The notes under the pieces are model-generated. The model did not search any database and was not told the origin of the DNA. It was given only the letters and a program-made list of their open reading frames with translations. From the NCBI GenBank assembly GCA_017552845.1, contig JAFZOE010000239.1, positions 1 through 37,005 of the forward strand: a stretch of DNA of 37,005 bases, read 5' to 3'. Source of the DNA: Clostridia bacterium (lineage in GTDB: Bacteria > Bacillota > Clostridia > Oscillospirales > Acutalibacteraceae). Below, piece after piece: positions 10,589-19,400 of the stretch. Each line of letters begins with the position of its first letter. Positions within the stretch are counted from its first letter, which is position 1. The translations under genes and the position numbers were made by a program.

Positions 10589-11620
10589 TTACTCGCCTTT
10601 CATTCCGAGCAGCTCAACAGTGCCTTCGAACGAAGCAACGCTGACCTTGATAGAATCGAAAATAGCCGCTTTGATATCATCCTCGGTTGCGCCGAGCATT
10701 TCACTGTCCTTACGGTCTATGAAAAGATTGATATCCATAATCGAGGGAAGAACGAGCGGATTGATGCCGGGATCTATTCCCTTTTCTTTGTATTCCTTGA
10801 TTACCGAGCCCATGCCCATTTTCATTGCCCAGGGAGGAATGCTGATAATCTTTCTGCCCTTCATTCCTCTCGCGTCATAGACGATTGCGAGGAATTCCTT
10901 CCATGTCTGGTTATACATGGCAATCGGGAAGGCTTCATACTTGGGTGCGCTTTCGTCGAGGCAGCGCTCGGTTGCGCCGCAGATGACTTCGCCGACCTGG
11001 CGGCAGGTGAGCATTGCGGTTCCGCCTGCGGGATACATCGTGAACGGGAGCTTATCCATTCTGGCAAGCTGCTCGATGAGGATGGTCCAGACGGGTTTTC
11101 TGCCGGGCTGGGTGCCGAAAATATAGGGGAGCTCGAGCACTTTCGCGCTGAAATTCTCGTCGCAGGCGTCTTCGCAGACCTTTTCCTGATCGAGACGGGC
11201 TCTGAAATAGGGGTTTGCATCCTCAAAATGCTTTTCGGGCATCTGCTTTGCAAGATAGGAGAAATAGGAGCCGAGCACGACTGCGCCCTTGACGCCCGCC
11301 TTCTTGCAGAGCGGGAATATTCTCTCAAGAGGAGCTATGTTGAATTTCTTATATGCATCATAAACCGGAGCGGGGAATTCCACTCTCTCGTCAACGCCCG
11401 CGGCGAAGATGAAAACATCCTTGCCCTGGAGCATCTCGAGAATTTCGTCATCGGTTTTCTTGTTGATGTCGCCGAATACAAGTTCCATCTCCTCGGGGAT
11501 GGGTGCGCCCTGCGGAAGCGGGGGCAGAGCCGCCGAAGAAACCTTGTGGCCTTTTTTGATGAGCTGAGCGGCCGCCTCGCAGCCGAGCAGACCTGTGCCG
11601 CCGATCATAAATACGTTCAT
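10589..11620 (-). CDS. NAD(P)-dependent epimerase/dehydratase (atypical SDR) family protein
   Basis: N-terminal GGTGLLG Rossmann motif, FAAGVDER, YFRAR, ELPYIFG. Confidence 0.85.
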   Translation of the reverse strand: MNVFMIGGTGLLGCEAAAQLIKKGHKVSSAALPPLPQGAPIPEEMELVFGDINKKTDDEILEMLQGKDVFIFAAGVDERVEFPAPVYDAYKKFNIAPLERIFPLCKKAGVKGAVVLGSYFSYLAKQMPEKHFEDANPYFRARLDQEKVCEDACDENFSAKVLELPYIFGTQPGRKPVWTILIEQLARMDKLPFTMYPAGGTAMLTCRQVGEVICGATERCLDESAPKYEAFPIAMYNQTWKEFLAIVYDARGMKGRKIISIPPWAMKMGMGSVIKEYKEKGIDPGINPLVLPSIMDINLFIDRKDSEMLGATEDDIKAAIFDSIKVSVASFEGTVELLGMKGE

Positions 11621-11780
11621 TAATACTTCCTCCTGATTTTTGATTCTGAAAGCGCGGTTACCGAACCGCCGATTCCATACACAGTAATAATATTACAAAA
11701 ATAATAAATAGTCAAGAATTTTATATAATATATAAAGAGAAATGAATAACCGGGTCTGCCTCAGATGACGCATAAAACGC

Positions 11781-11806
11781 AAAAAACCGGGCGGAAATCC
11801 GCCCGG
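11781..11806 (-). terminator. Intrinsic terminator of the STAS gene
   Basis: CCGGGCGGA-TT-TCCGCCCGG followed by TTTTTT on the minus strand. Confidence 0.75.
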
Positions 11807-11823
11807 CATGATAACCGTAAAAA

Positions 11824-12129
11824 TCAGGTGTTTTCAATATTGAGTATATCCGAGAAACCGGTTACATCAAAGATTTCGCTGACTATCTCGTTGGGGTTGA
11901 GAATTTTGAGCGAGCCGCCCGCCGCCGAGAGTTTCTTCTGCGCACAGAGAATGACTCTGAGACCTGCGGAGGAGATATAATCAAGCTGAGTAAAATCAAG
12001 GGTGAGATCGGTGATGCCGTCAAGATCGGCTTTGAGAGCTTCCTCAAGCTCGGGGGAGGTTAATGTTTCAAGTCTGCCCGAAACGGCATATACGGCCTGA
12101 TTTCCGTTGATTGTTTTATTGATAGTCAT
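11824..12129 (-). CDS. STAS-domain anti-sigma factor antagonist
   Basis: SGRLET, LDFTQLDYISSAGLRVIL, EIFDVTGF. ATG 12129 follows GAGGAG. Confidence 0.92.
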   Translation of the reverse strand: MTINKTINGNQAVYAVSGRLETLTSPELEEALKADLDGITDLTLDFTQLDYISSAGLRVILCAQKKLSAAGGSLKILNPNEIVSEIFDVTGFSDILNIENT

Positions 12130-12335
12130 ATACTCTCTCCTCAAATGAATCTTTGTAATCCGGCGGCATTCAGAATTAAGAATACTTCACGAACATTCAA
12201 TTTATGTTATCATAAAAAATATTTAATATCAATACCTAAAAAGGGCAATTTTTGGCGCGTAATCATTGAAGTTTTCAGATTGATATGATAAAATTAAAGT
12301 CTAAACAACAAATATACCCGATGGGAAGATATAAA

Positions 12336-13481
12336 ATGAAAAAACTCACCAAATCAGACAAGAGAAAACTGATACTTGTCGCGGGGGCGGCGCTGATACT
12401 TGTGCTGTTTATCCTGCTTGTTTCCGCGATAGTCAAAGGCGTGAAATCAAAGAAGGCGGATAAGGATTCGGGCTACAGCTTCTCGACCTCCGCGCTCAAG
12501 GATGTGAAAAACGCCGAGTGCCTCAATGAAGAGATCTGCGTATTCACCGATTCCTCCGGCAGAAAAGGTCTCATGACTCTTGACGGCACAGTCACCGAAA
12601 AGGCGGGGAACTATGAATTCAGGGTTGTCAGCGACGAGTGGCTCAGCTCAAAAATCATCGCGAAGACTCCCGATTCGGAATATCCGCTGATTGTCGATCC
12701 CGAAACGGGGAAAATCGGCAAAAAGCAATATAACAAGCCCGACAACCCCGAAAAAATCGCCTACTGGAACGATGAGGCGGCGGCGCTCTGCTGGTATGGC
12801 GCGGACGGCTACATTGACCGCGTCTCGCCCGCCGAGCTTAAAAGCGGAGTAAAGCTTTACCCGGTCGCTCAGAGCGACGAGCCGGGCGCGAAATACGGCT
12901 ATGTCAACGAGAGTCTGTCTGTCGCAATAGATTTCAGCTATGACAGGGCGGAGCAGTTCAGCGAAGGCCTCGCGGCTGTGAGCCAGAGCGGAAAATTCGG
13001 CTATATCGGCGAAACGGGCAGCGTGGAGATTCCTTTTGAATACGACAGCGCGGGCGAAAAGCCCTATTCCTTCAGAAACGGGCTGGTTCCGGTCACGAAG
13101 GATGCGAAATTCGGAATTCTCGACCGCCGCGGCAGGGAGGCAGTCGGCTTCGATTTTGATAAGATCCTGCAGGGAAAAGACGGCAAGTATATCGCCAACA
13201 AGGGCGGAAAATGGGGAATCCTGACCGTCAATGAGGATACATTCAACGCCGCGAATACAACCACCACACCACAGACGGAATTCGTTGAGAATTACAGAGT
13301 CACAACAAGCGGCAGCACTCTCAATCTGCGCGCAGAGCCGAGCATCCGCGCCGAAAAGCTTGCGGAAATTCCGAACGGAACTCCGATCATGGTCGAATCG
13401 GTTGACGGCGAATGGGCAAAGATAAAATACGGCGCCTATTCGGGATACGTCAGCACAAAATACATAACTCAGATTCAGTAA
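12336..13481 (+). CDS. Membrane-anchored WG-repeat protein with C-terminal bacterial SH3 domain
   Basis: N-terminal TM helix; KYGYVN / FSEGLAAV / GKFGYI / GKWGIL repeats; LNLRAEPS...GEWAKIKY..YSGYVSTKYI SH3b. Start uncertain (12285, 12321 or 12336). Confidence 0.85.
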   Translation: MKKLTKSDKRKLILVAGAALILVLFILLVSAIVKGVKSKKADKDSGYSFSTSALKDVKNAECLNEEICVFTDSSGRKGLMTLDGTVTEKAGNYEFRVVSDEWLSSKIIAKTPDSEYPLIVDPETGKIGKKQYNKPDNPEKIAYWNDEAAALCWYGADGYIDRVSPAELKSGVKLYPVAQSDEPGAKYGYVNESLSVAIDFSYDRAEQFSEGLAAVSQSGKFGYIGETGSVEIPFEYDSAGEKPYSFRNGLVPVTKDAKFGILDRRGREAVGFDFDKILQGKDGKYIANKGGKWGILTVNEDTFNAANTTTTPQTEFVENYRVTTSGSTLNLRAEPSIRAEKLAEIPNGTPIMVESVDGEWAKIKYGAYSGYVSTKYITQIQ

Positions 13482-13500
13482 AATAAAAGAGGAGCCGCTT

Positions 13501-14025
13501 ATGAAACTTTATCTCAAACAGAAAGTGTTTTCCTGGAAAGACAAGAGCAACGTAAAGGACGAACTCGGCAACGATAAATATTTTGTCGAAGGCAAGGTGC
13601 TCTCAATGGGCAAGAAACTTACCGTATTTGACGCGGAGCAGAATGAGGTCGCCTTTATCAGACAGAAGGTCGTTACCTTCATGCCGAAGTTTTTCGTGGA
13701 GATCGGCGGCGAGCAGGTTGCCGAAATCTCAAAGAAATTCAGCCTTCTCAAGCCCAAATACGTCGTGAACGGCCCGGGCTGGGAAATAATGGGCAATTTC
13801 ACCGCGCACGATTATTCGATTCGCGACGGCGAAAAGGAAATTGCCGGCATCCACAAGAAATGGATGAGCTGGGGCGACGCTTTTGAAATCGACATCGCGA
13901 GCGAAAAGGACGAGATTATCGTTCTCGGCGTAGTCCTTGCAATCGACGCCGTTATGGATTCTTCCGAAAACGCGGCGGCGGGCGGCCTGGCCGGCGGCGC
14001 AATCTCCTTCGGCTCAAACGACTGA
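13501..14025 (+). CDS. LURP-one-related / Tubby C2-like (YxjI-like) protein
   Basis: MKLYLKQKVFSWKDK, GNFTAHDYSI, KKWMSWGDAFEI, VLAIDA; AGGAG RBS. Confidence 0.88.
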   Translation: MKLYLKQKVFSWKDKSNVKDELGNDKYFVEGKVLSMGKKLTVFDAEQNEVAFIRQKVVTFMPKFFVEIGGEQVAEISKKFSLLKPKYVVNGPGWEIMGNFTAHDYSIRDGEKEIAGIHKKWMSWGDAFEIDIASEKDEIIVLGVVLAIDAVMDSSENAAAGGLAGGAISFGSND

Positions 14026-14042
14026 TAAACAGGAAAAACACA

Positions 14043-14070
14043 AGAGAGGGAAGCGATTCCCTCTCTTTTT
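14043..14070 (+). terminator. Intrinsic terminator, possibly bidirectional
   Basis: AGAGAGGGAA-GCGA-TTCCCTCTCT-TTTT. Confidence 0.8.
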
Positions 14071-14118
14071 AAATTTGCAAGCCGTTCCGTTATTATTCCA
14101 AATTAGAATAATAATGGA

Positions 14119-14220
14119 CGATAAAAGACGGAGAACATAACATTCTCCGTCTTTTATCGGATGGCTCTGTAATTGTTGCTCACAAATTGCAGATGCATAA
14201 TATTAGCTGGATACTATGCA
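14119..14220 (-). ncRNA. Candidate small non-coding RNA (~100 nt; ~185 nt if it reads on to 14035)
   Basis: Perfect sigma-A promoter directly upstream, tandem hairpins, a terminator-like 17-bp perfect IR at 14119-14159, and no RBS-led ORF. Confidence 0.6.
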
Positions 14221-14225
14221 CCTAT

Positions 14226-14274
14226 ATTATAGCTGCGGGTATGGGGTTTGTCAAGCGTTTTTTGAAAAATTTTT
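14226..14274 (-). promoter_or_regulatory. Consensus sigma-A promoter with A-tract UP element
   Basis: TTGACA (14254-14249), 17 nt, TATAAT (14231-14226), preceded by AAAAATTTTTCAAAAAA. Confidence 0.85.
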
Positions 14275-14301
14275 CCGAAAAAAGAGCTCAGAACGCTTGA
14301 T

Positions 14302-14317
14302 ACACAATATATTGTGG
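14302..14317. promoter_or_regulatory. NrdR-box-like palindrome
   Basis: ACACAATATATTGTGG matches the NrdR consensus acaCwAtATaTwGtg; single copy only. Confidence 0.5.
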
Positions 14318-14334
14318 TTGTTACACCCTGAGTA

Positions 14335-14363
14335 TTGAATTTATGCTGTTTCGGTGTTATAAT
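14335..14363 (+). promoter_or_regulatory. Sigma-A promoter of the GH16 gene
   Basis: TTGAAT-17-TATAAT with extended TG; GGAGGG RBS before ATG 14396. Confidence 0.7.
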
Positions 14364-14395
14364 TTTTTTGAAAAATATAACCTCGGAGGGATAAT

Positions 14396-15310
14396 ATGCT
14401 CGAAAATCTTATGAATTCGCTGAATTTTGCGTTCAGGCAGCAGGATGCCGTTCTGCGTATCGGCAGATTCGCTTCCGCTCTATTTGAAGGAGGCTTTTCT
14501 TTCAAGAAACTCGCGGCCGTATTCATCGCATTTATCGAAATGTTCGGATGCGTGATCTCCGATTATCCGGTGACGCCGCTCGGCGAAGAGCTTTCGCTCG
14601 ACGGCTATTCAATAGTCTTTGAGGATGAATTTAACGGCGACGCGCTCAATCTCGATGTCTGGGAATCGCGCTATGAGGGCGGCGGGAACGGCCGCTTCGA
14701 GACCGTCGATCAGGCGAAGGTCGAGGGCGGAAACCTGATAATGACCGGCGAATACAAGTCGGACGGCAGATACGGAGAGGGTTGGTATTCCTGTGATCTT
14801 CAGCTGAAATAGACCTACTGCAAGGGATATTTTGAAATAAAATGCAAATGCAGCGATACTGCCGATTTCTGGAGCGCCTTCTGGATTCAGGCGGAGCACC
14901 CCTACGATCACGATATATCGAAGGGCGGCCCTGGCGGCGCGGAACTTGATATATTTGAATCCTGCGATTCGGGCTCAACGAGCACCCTGCGCAGAAACGC
15001 GGTTGTCCAGACCGTCCACTGCAACGGATACGACGACAATCCCGACAAGCTCGATTCGCGTATTCTCGGCAAATTCAGGGCCGGCGATATCTATAATGAA
15101 TACACAACCTTCGGCCTCAAATGGACCGAGGATGAATATATATTTTATATCAACGGCGTGGAATCCGCGCGCTCAAGCTTCGGCAACGGTGTCTCCGAAG
15201 AGGAGGAATATGTCTGCGTTTCGCTCTGCATGCCCGCCGAAATCACGCTCGACCACGGCACAAAGGCCGTATTTACGGTCGATTATGTAAAAATCTGGCA
15301 GAAGCAGTGA
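14396..15310 (+). pseudogene. Glycoside hydrolase family 16 gene with a single in-frame TAG at 14810-14812 (nonsense allele, read-through or sequencing error)
   Basis: The frame continues past TAG as TYCKGYFEIKC..FWSAFW..GAELDIFES..YTTFGLKWTEDEYIFYING..VDYVKIWQKQ to TGA 15310. This gives 304 codons, collinear with the 305-aa GH16 at 35684-36601. Confidence 0.85.
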
Positions 15311-15320
15311 GTCATATATT

Positions 15321-15348
15321 GAGATCCTTCACTTTGCTCAGGATGACA
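15321..15348. repeat. REP-like palindromic unit (GTCATCCTGAGC..GAAGGATCTC type)
   Basis: The reverse complement reads TGTCATCCTGAGCAAAGTGAAGGATCTC, resembling a widespread extragenic repeat type; single copy here. Confidence 0.45.
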
Positions 15349-15360
15349 CACAGATAAAAG

Positions 15361-15386
15361 AAAGGCACGGAGACATCCGTGCCTTT
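15361..15386. terminator. Bidirectional terminator between convergent genes
   Basis: AAAGGCACGGA-GACA-TCCGTGCCTTT. Confidence 0.8.
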
Positions 15387-15400
15387 ATGTTTTCAGATGT

Positions 15401-16258
15401 TTATGCCGCTGTTTTGGAGACGGGCTCGGGGATTTCGGCGGTGGTCGAGAATTCAATCGTATCGATTCTCGCGATGAATCCGCCGGCATCCGGCTTCATT
15501 ATGTTATAGCCGATGAACATCGCTCCGCCGAAGAAGAAAATGTTTTCCGCTTCGTTTACCGTATCGGGCAGGACTGCGTAGCCCTGCGGATTGCCCTGCA
15601 GATCGTATTTATAGACGATATTCGGATTGTAGAAGAGCGAATAGAGGTATTCGCCGTCCGAGCCGAGGCTCTGGCGCGTGAATTTATTCTCGGGATTGTC
15701 AATCACGCCGAGCGCGTTGAAATCCTCATCATAACGGACAATATCGCATGAATTCGAGATGCCCGCATACCAGCATTTGCCCGTGCCGACATAGGCGATT
15801 GAATAAATCTTGCGGTCGAGTGTTTTCGTGCCCTTGATTTCAAGCTTGACGGGATCGACAAAGGTGATGGTTGTATAATTCGGCTTGTTGTTGCTGATGA
15901 CGAGCAGCTTGTTTTCCTCGTCATAGGTCATGTCGTTCGCGTGGTCGATTCTGAGCTCATCGCTCGCCTCGACGACCTGCCATTTTTCCGGATTGATTTT
16001 GATAATCCTGCAGGGGACCTCTGTCTCTTCCGCGTCGGGATTTATCATAATCTGATAGATGTAAGTTCCGTCGGTGCAGCCGCCCTCGACCGTTCTTATC
16101 TGCTCGAAGGGCTCGAACGCGATGACCGTCGTCTGCGTTACCTTGGGAACCTCGGGCGGTTTCTCGGGAGACATGATTCCGAGAGCCGTGAGAATCGCCG
16201 TGAAAATCGCGGCAAAACTCTTAAAGAAGCCGATAATGGCTTCAAAGAAGCTTTCCAT
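15401..16258 (-). CDS. Hypothetical exported protein, probable beta-propeller
   Basis: Hydrophobic N-terminus, Pro-rich linker, then EGGCTDGTYIY, DHANDMTYD, QSLGSDGEYLY, EAENI blade-like repeats. Start is probably ATG 16258. Confidence 0.7.
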   Translation of the reverse strand: MESFFEAIIGFFKSFAAIFTAILTALGIMSPEKPPEVPKVTQTTVIAFEPFEQIRTVEGGCTDGTYIYQIMINPDAEETEVPCRIIKINPEKWQVVEASDELRIDHANDMTYDEENKLLVISNNKPNYTTITFVDPVKLEIKGTKTLDRKIYSIAYVGTGKCWYAGISNSCDIVRYDEDFNALGVIDNPENKFTRQSLGSDGEYLYSLFYNPNIVYKYDLQGNPQGYAVLPDTVNEAENIFFFGGAMFIGYNIMKPDAGGFIARIDTIEFSTTAEIPEPVSKTAA

Positions 16259-16387
16259 AAATATTTTCCCCGTTTCATAGATTGCGGTGCGCATTTCGGG
16301 CTGTTCCGCGGCCCGCGCACAAATCAAGCGGTATTATATACCTTTAATATGAGAATGTCATTAACAAATTGTAAATTTCACAAAAGA

Positions 16388-16411
16388 GCCCTCCCCGGAA
16401 ACGGAGAGGGC
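16388..16411 (-). terminator. Terminator after the ABC transporter gene
   Basis: GCCCTCCCCG-GAAA-CGGAGAGGGC hairpin with a T-tract on the minus strand. Confidence 0.7.
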
Positions 16412-16430
16412 GGTGTGTTTTTTTTGCTCT

Positions 16431-19400
16431 TTACTCTGTCCTGAGCGCCACGACAGGATCTTTCTTTGAGGCGATTCGGGCGGGGATGAGGCCTGCGACG
16501 AAGGTCAGGAACATACTGATAATTATGAGTATAATCGCGCCGTTCATCGGTAGCTGCGCCACATGGGGCAGGGTTGTAAGATACTTGATTACGATATTTA
16601 TCGGGATAATCAGCAGGAGCGTTACCCCTATGCCGATGGCTCCCGAAACGAAGCCGACGGTCAGCGTCTCGGCGTTGAATACGCGGGAAACATCCCTCTT
16701 GCTCGCGCCGATTGCTCGCAGAATGCCGATTTCCTTGGTTCTCTCAAGAACGGAAATATAGGTGATGATGCCGATCATAATTGAGGAAACGACAAGCGAA
16801 ATTGCGACAAATGCGATAAGAACATAGGAAATGATATTGACTATCTTTGTGACCGATTTGAGCATGATGCCGATGAAATCGGTGTATTTAATCGATTTTT
16901 CCTCGCCCCTGGATTCGTTGTATTCCTCGATTATATTTGAAATGATATCCTTTGACTCAAAATCCTTCGGATAAATGTTTATCTGCTTGGGATTGCTGAG
17001 ATCCGCAACGCCGAGAATTTCGAGAGCCTCGTCATAGCTGCCCGCGAGCGGCTCGGGTTCCGGCTCGGGTTCCGGTTCGGGCTCGGCGGGAGTTTCCTGC
17101 GCGTCCTCTTCGCCCTTTTCATCGGGATTGTCCGCTTCCTCGCCGGGTGTTTCATCTTCGGGATTGACGGGCACGCCCATATCGTCATAAGCGCCGGATA
17201 CCATGGCGTTGAGCATCTTGAGCTTGGTTTCCTTATCCATCATCGAGAGATAGGTATAGGCCTGCTCGCCGGAGATTGTGCCGTAGCCGGGAATCTCATA
17301 GCCCGAGAGCATCTCGTTCATATTCGCGATAAGCTCTCTTCTCTCGGAAATCGTCAGCACGCTCTTGAGCATGAGCTCGACGGTGCGCTTCATCTTCGCG
17401 GCTTCCTCGCCGCTGTATTTCTGATCTATCTTGGCGTAAATCTCTTCCTCGGTCGCGGAGGGAAGGGACGACATATCGGGCAGCGCGGTCGCCGTGAAGC
17501 TCGCCTGCGGGGCCTCGCCCGAATAAGCGAGAGACGAAACAACGGGCTTCTCAAATGCCGCGGCGGGTTTTGCGGCGGCTGTTGTCTTTTCGGGCTCTGC
17601 CGCTTTCTCATCCGCCTTCTTTTCCTCTTTGGCGTCTGCCTTTTCTTCCTCTTCGGTCTTCGGGAACGGGATGCCGGTGAATACGTCTGTTTCGGGATTC
17701 GCCTTCTGCTGTTTTACTATCTCGGCCTCGTCGGTTTTCTTTGCCGTGTGCTCGACCAGAGAGGGCAGATAGCCGACCGTTCCCATCGTGGCGACGGCCA
17801 CCGAATCCTCGGCGGGTCTGATAATGCCGACAATCGTGATATCCTCGCCGCCGGCGATTGTTTTCTTGACGAATTCCTCGTCGCCGCTCATATCGACCCA
17901 TTCCTTGTTTTCTTCATCATATTCAAAGAATTCGGGAGCGGTGACAAGCTTGAATTTTCTGCCGATAATTTCGCTGTAATCGAGGGCAAAAGACTTGGTT
18001 TCGACCTCCTCGCCCTTCATGATTGCCATCATCATATTCATAATGTCGGTCGAGCTCATGAGGCCGAGACCCTGAATGGTCAGGTCGCTTATCTCGTTAT
18101 TCTTATCGATGATAAGCACGGTTTCGTTATATTTCTCGGGCCATTTGCCGTCGATTAAATCATATTGATTCTTGAGGAGCTCCTGATTGTCGATAAGCTC
18201 CTGCCAGGAATTGTAGTATTTGGAATAGCTCTCCATAGTGGAGGTGTCAATACCCATCGCGCCGAGATTGATTCCGCCCATCATTGAGGTCATCATTTCG
18301 AGAACGGGGCTCGGATAAACCTGATTTGCGCCGTCTCCGGTGCCCTCGGCGTAGATATTCATCTTGCCGCCGTATTGATACTGAATCGAGGAGACATACT
18401 GCTTTATTTCATCATTTGAATCGAGGAATTTCTTGAATTCCTTCAGATCATTGAACCACACGCCCGAGGAATAGGACTGAAGCATATTCTGCGACATCGC
18501 GTTTGAATAGACCTTGTCGAGCTCATGGTCCGCATTGGCGGTGCCGAAATTCGAGAGAGCGCCGAGCATTGAATTCATATCCATCGTCGCCGCGTCAACG
18601 GTCATCGGGTAGGAGGTCAGCGTCTCCTGCTGAATTGAATCTATATATGCCTGGAAGCCGCTCGAGAGCGAGAGAATCAGGGCGATGCCGATGATTCCTA
18701 TACTGCCCGCAAACGAGGTCAGGAAGGTCCTCATCTTTTTGGTGAGAAGGTTGTTGAGCGAGAGGGAGAGAGCCGTGAAGAAGGACATTGACGGCTTTTT
18801 TTCTTTTTTATCAGCGCTCTTTCCGGCGTAATCGGACATTTCCTCTTCGTCGCTGTAGGGAGCGGAATCGTCAATCACCTTGCCGTCGAGCAGGCGGATG
18901 ATTCTGGTCGAATACTCCTGGGCGAGCTCGGGGTTGTGGGTAACCATGACAACGAGGCGGTCCCTGCTTATCTCGCGCAGGATATCCATGACCTGAACGC
19001 TCGTCTCGCTGTCGAGAGCGCCGGTCGGCTCATCCGCGAGCAGAATTTCGGGATCATTCACAAGAGCTCTGGCTATTGCGACTCGCTGCATCTGGCCGCC
19101 CGATAGCTGATTCGGCTTTTTATTGAGCTGGTCTGAGAGGCCGACTCTGTCGAGCGCTTCCTTTGCCCTCTTTTTTCTCTCGGTCTTTGAGACGCCCGAG
19201 AGAGTCAGCGCGAGCTCGACATTCGCGAGCACGGTCTGATGGGGGATCAGGTTATAGCTCTGAAAAACGAAACCGACGCGGTGATTTCTGTAGTTATCCC
19301 AGTCGGAATCCTTGAAATCCTTGGTCGATTTGCCCTCGATGACGAGGTCGCCGTCGGTATACTGATCAAGGCCGCCGATGATATTCAGCAGCGTGGTTTT

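Noticed and set aside
14193-14300. 35-aa plus-strand ORF MHNISWILCTYIIAAGMGFVKRFLKNFSEKRAQNA resembling a type I toxin opposite the candidate sRNA
   Set aside because: No RBS. The YII/FVK/FLKNF pattern is simply the translation of the reverse complement of the -10, -35 and A-tract promoter elements.
14946-15290. Separate 114-aa ORF downstream of the truncated GH16
   Set aside because: Wrong frame; the GH16 homology continues in the original frame past the TAG.
17050-17097. Short tandem repeats as a CRISPR or contingency locus
   Set aside because: Degenerate in-frame 6-nt Pro-Glu coding repeat; no spacers or cas genes.
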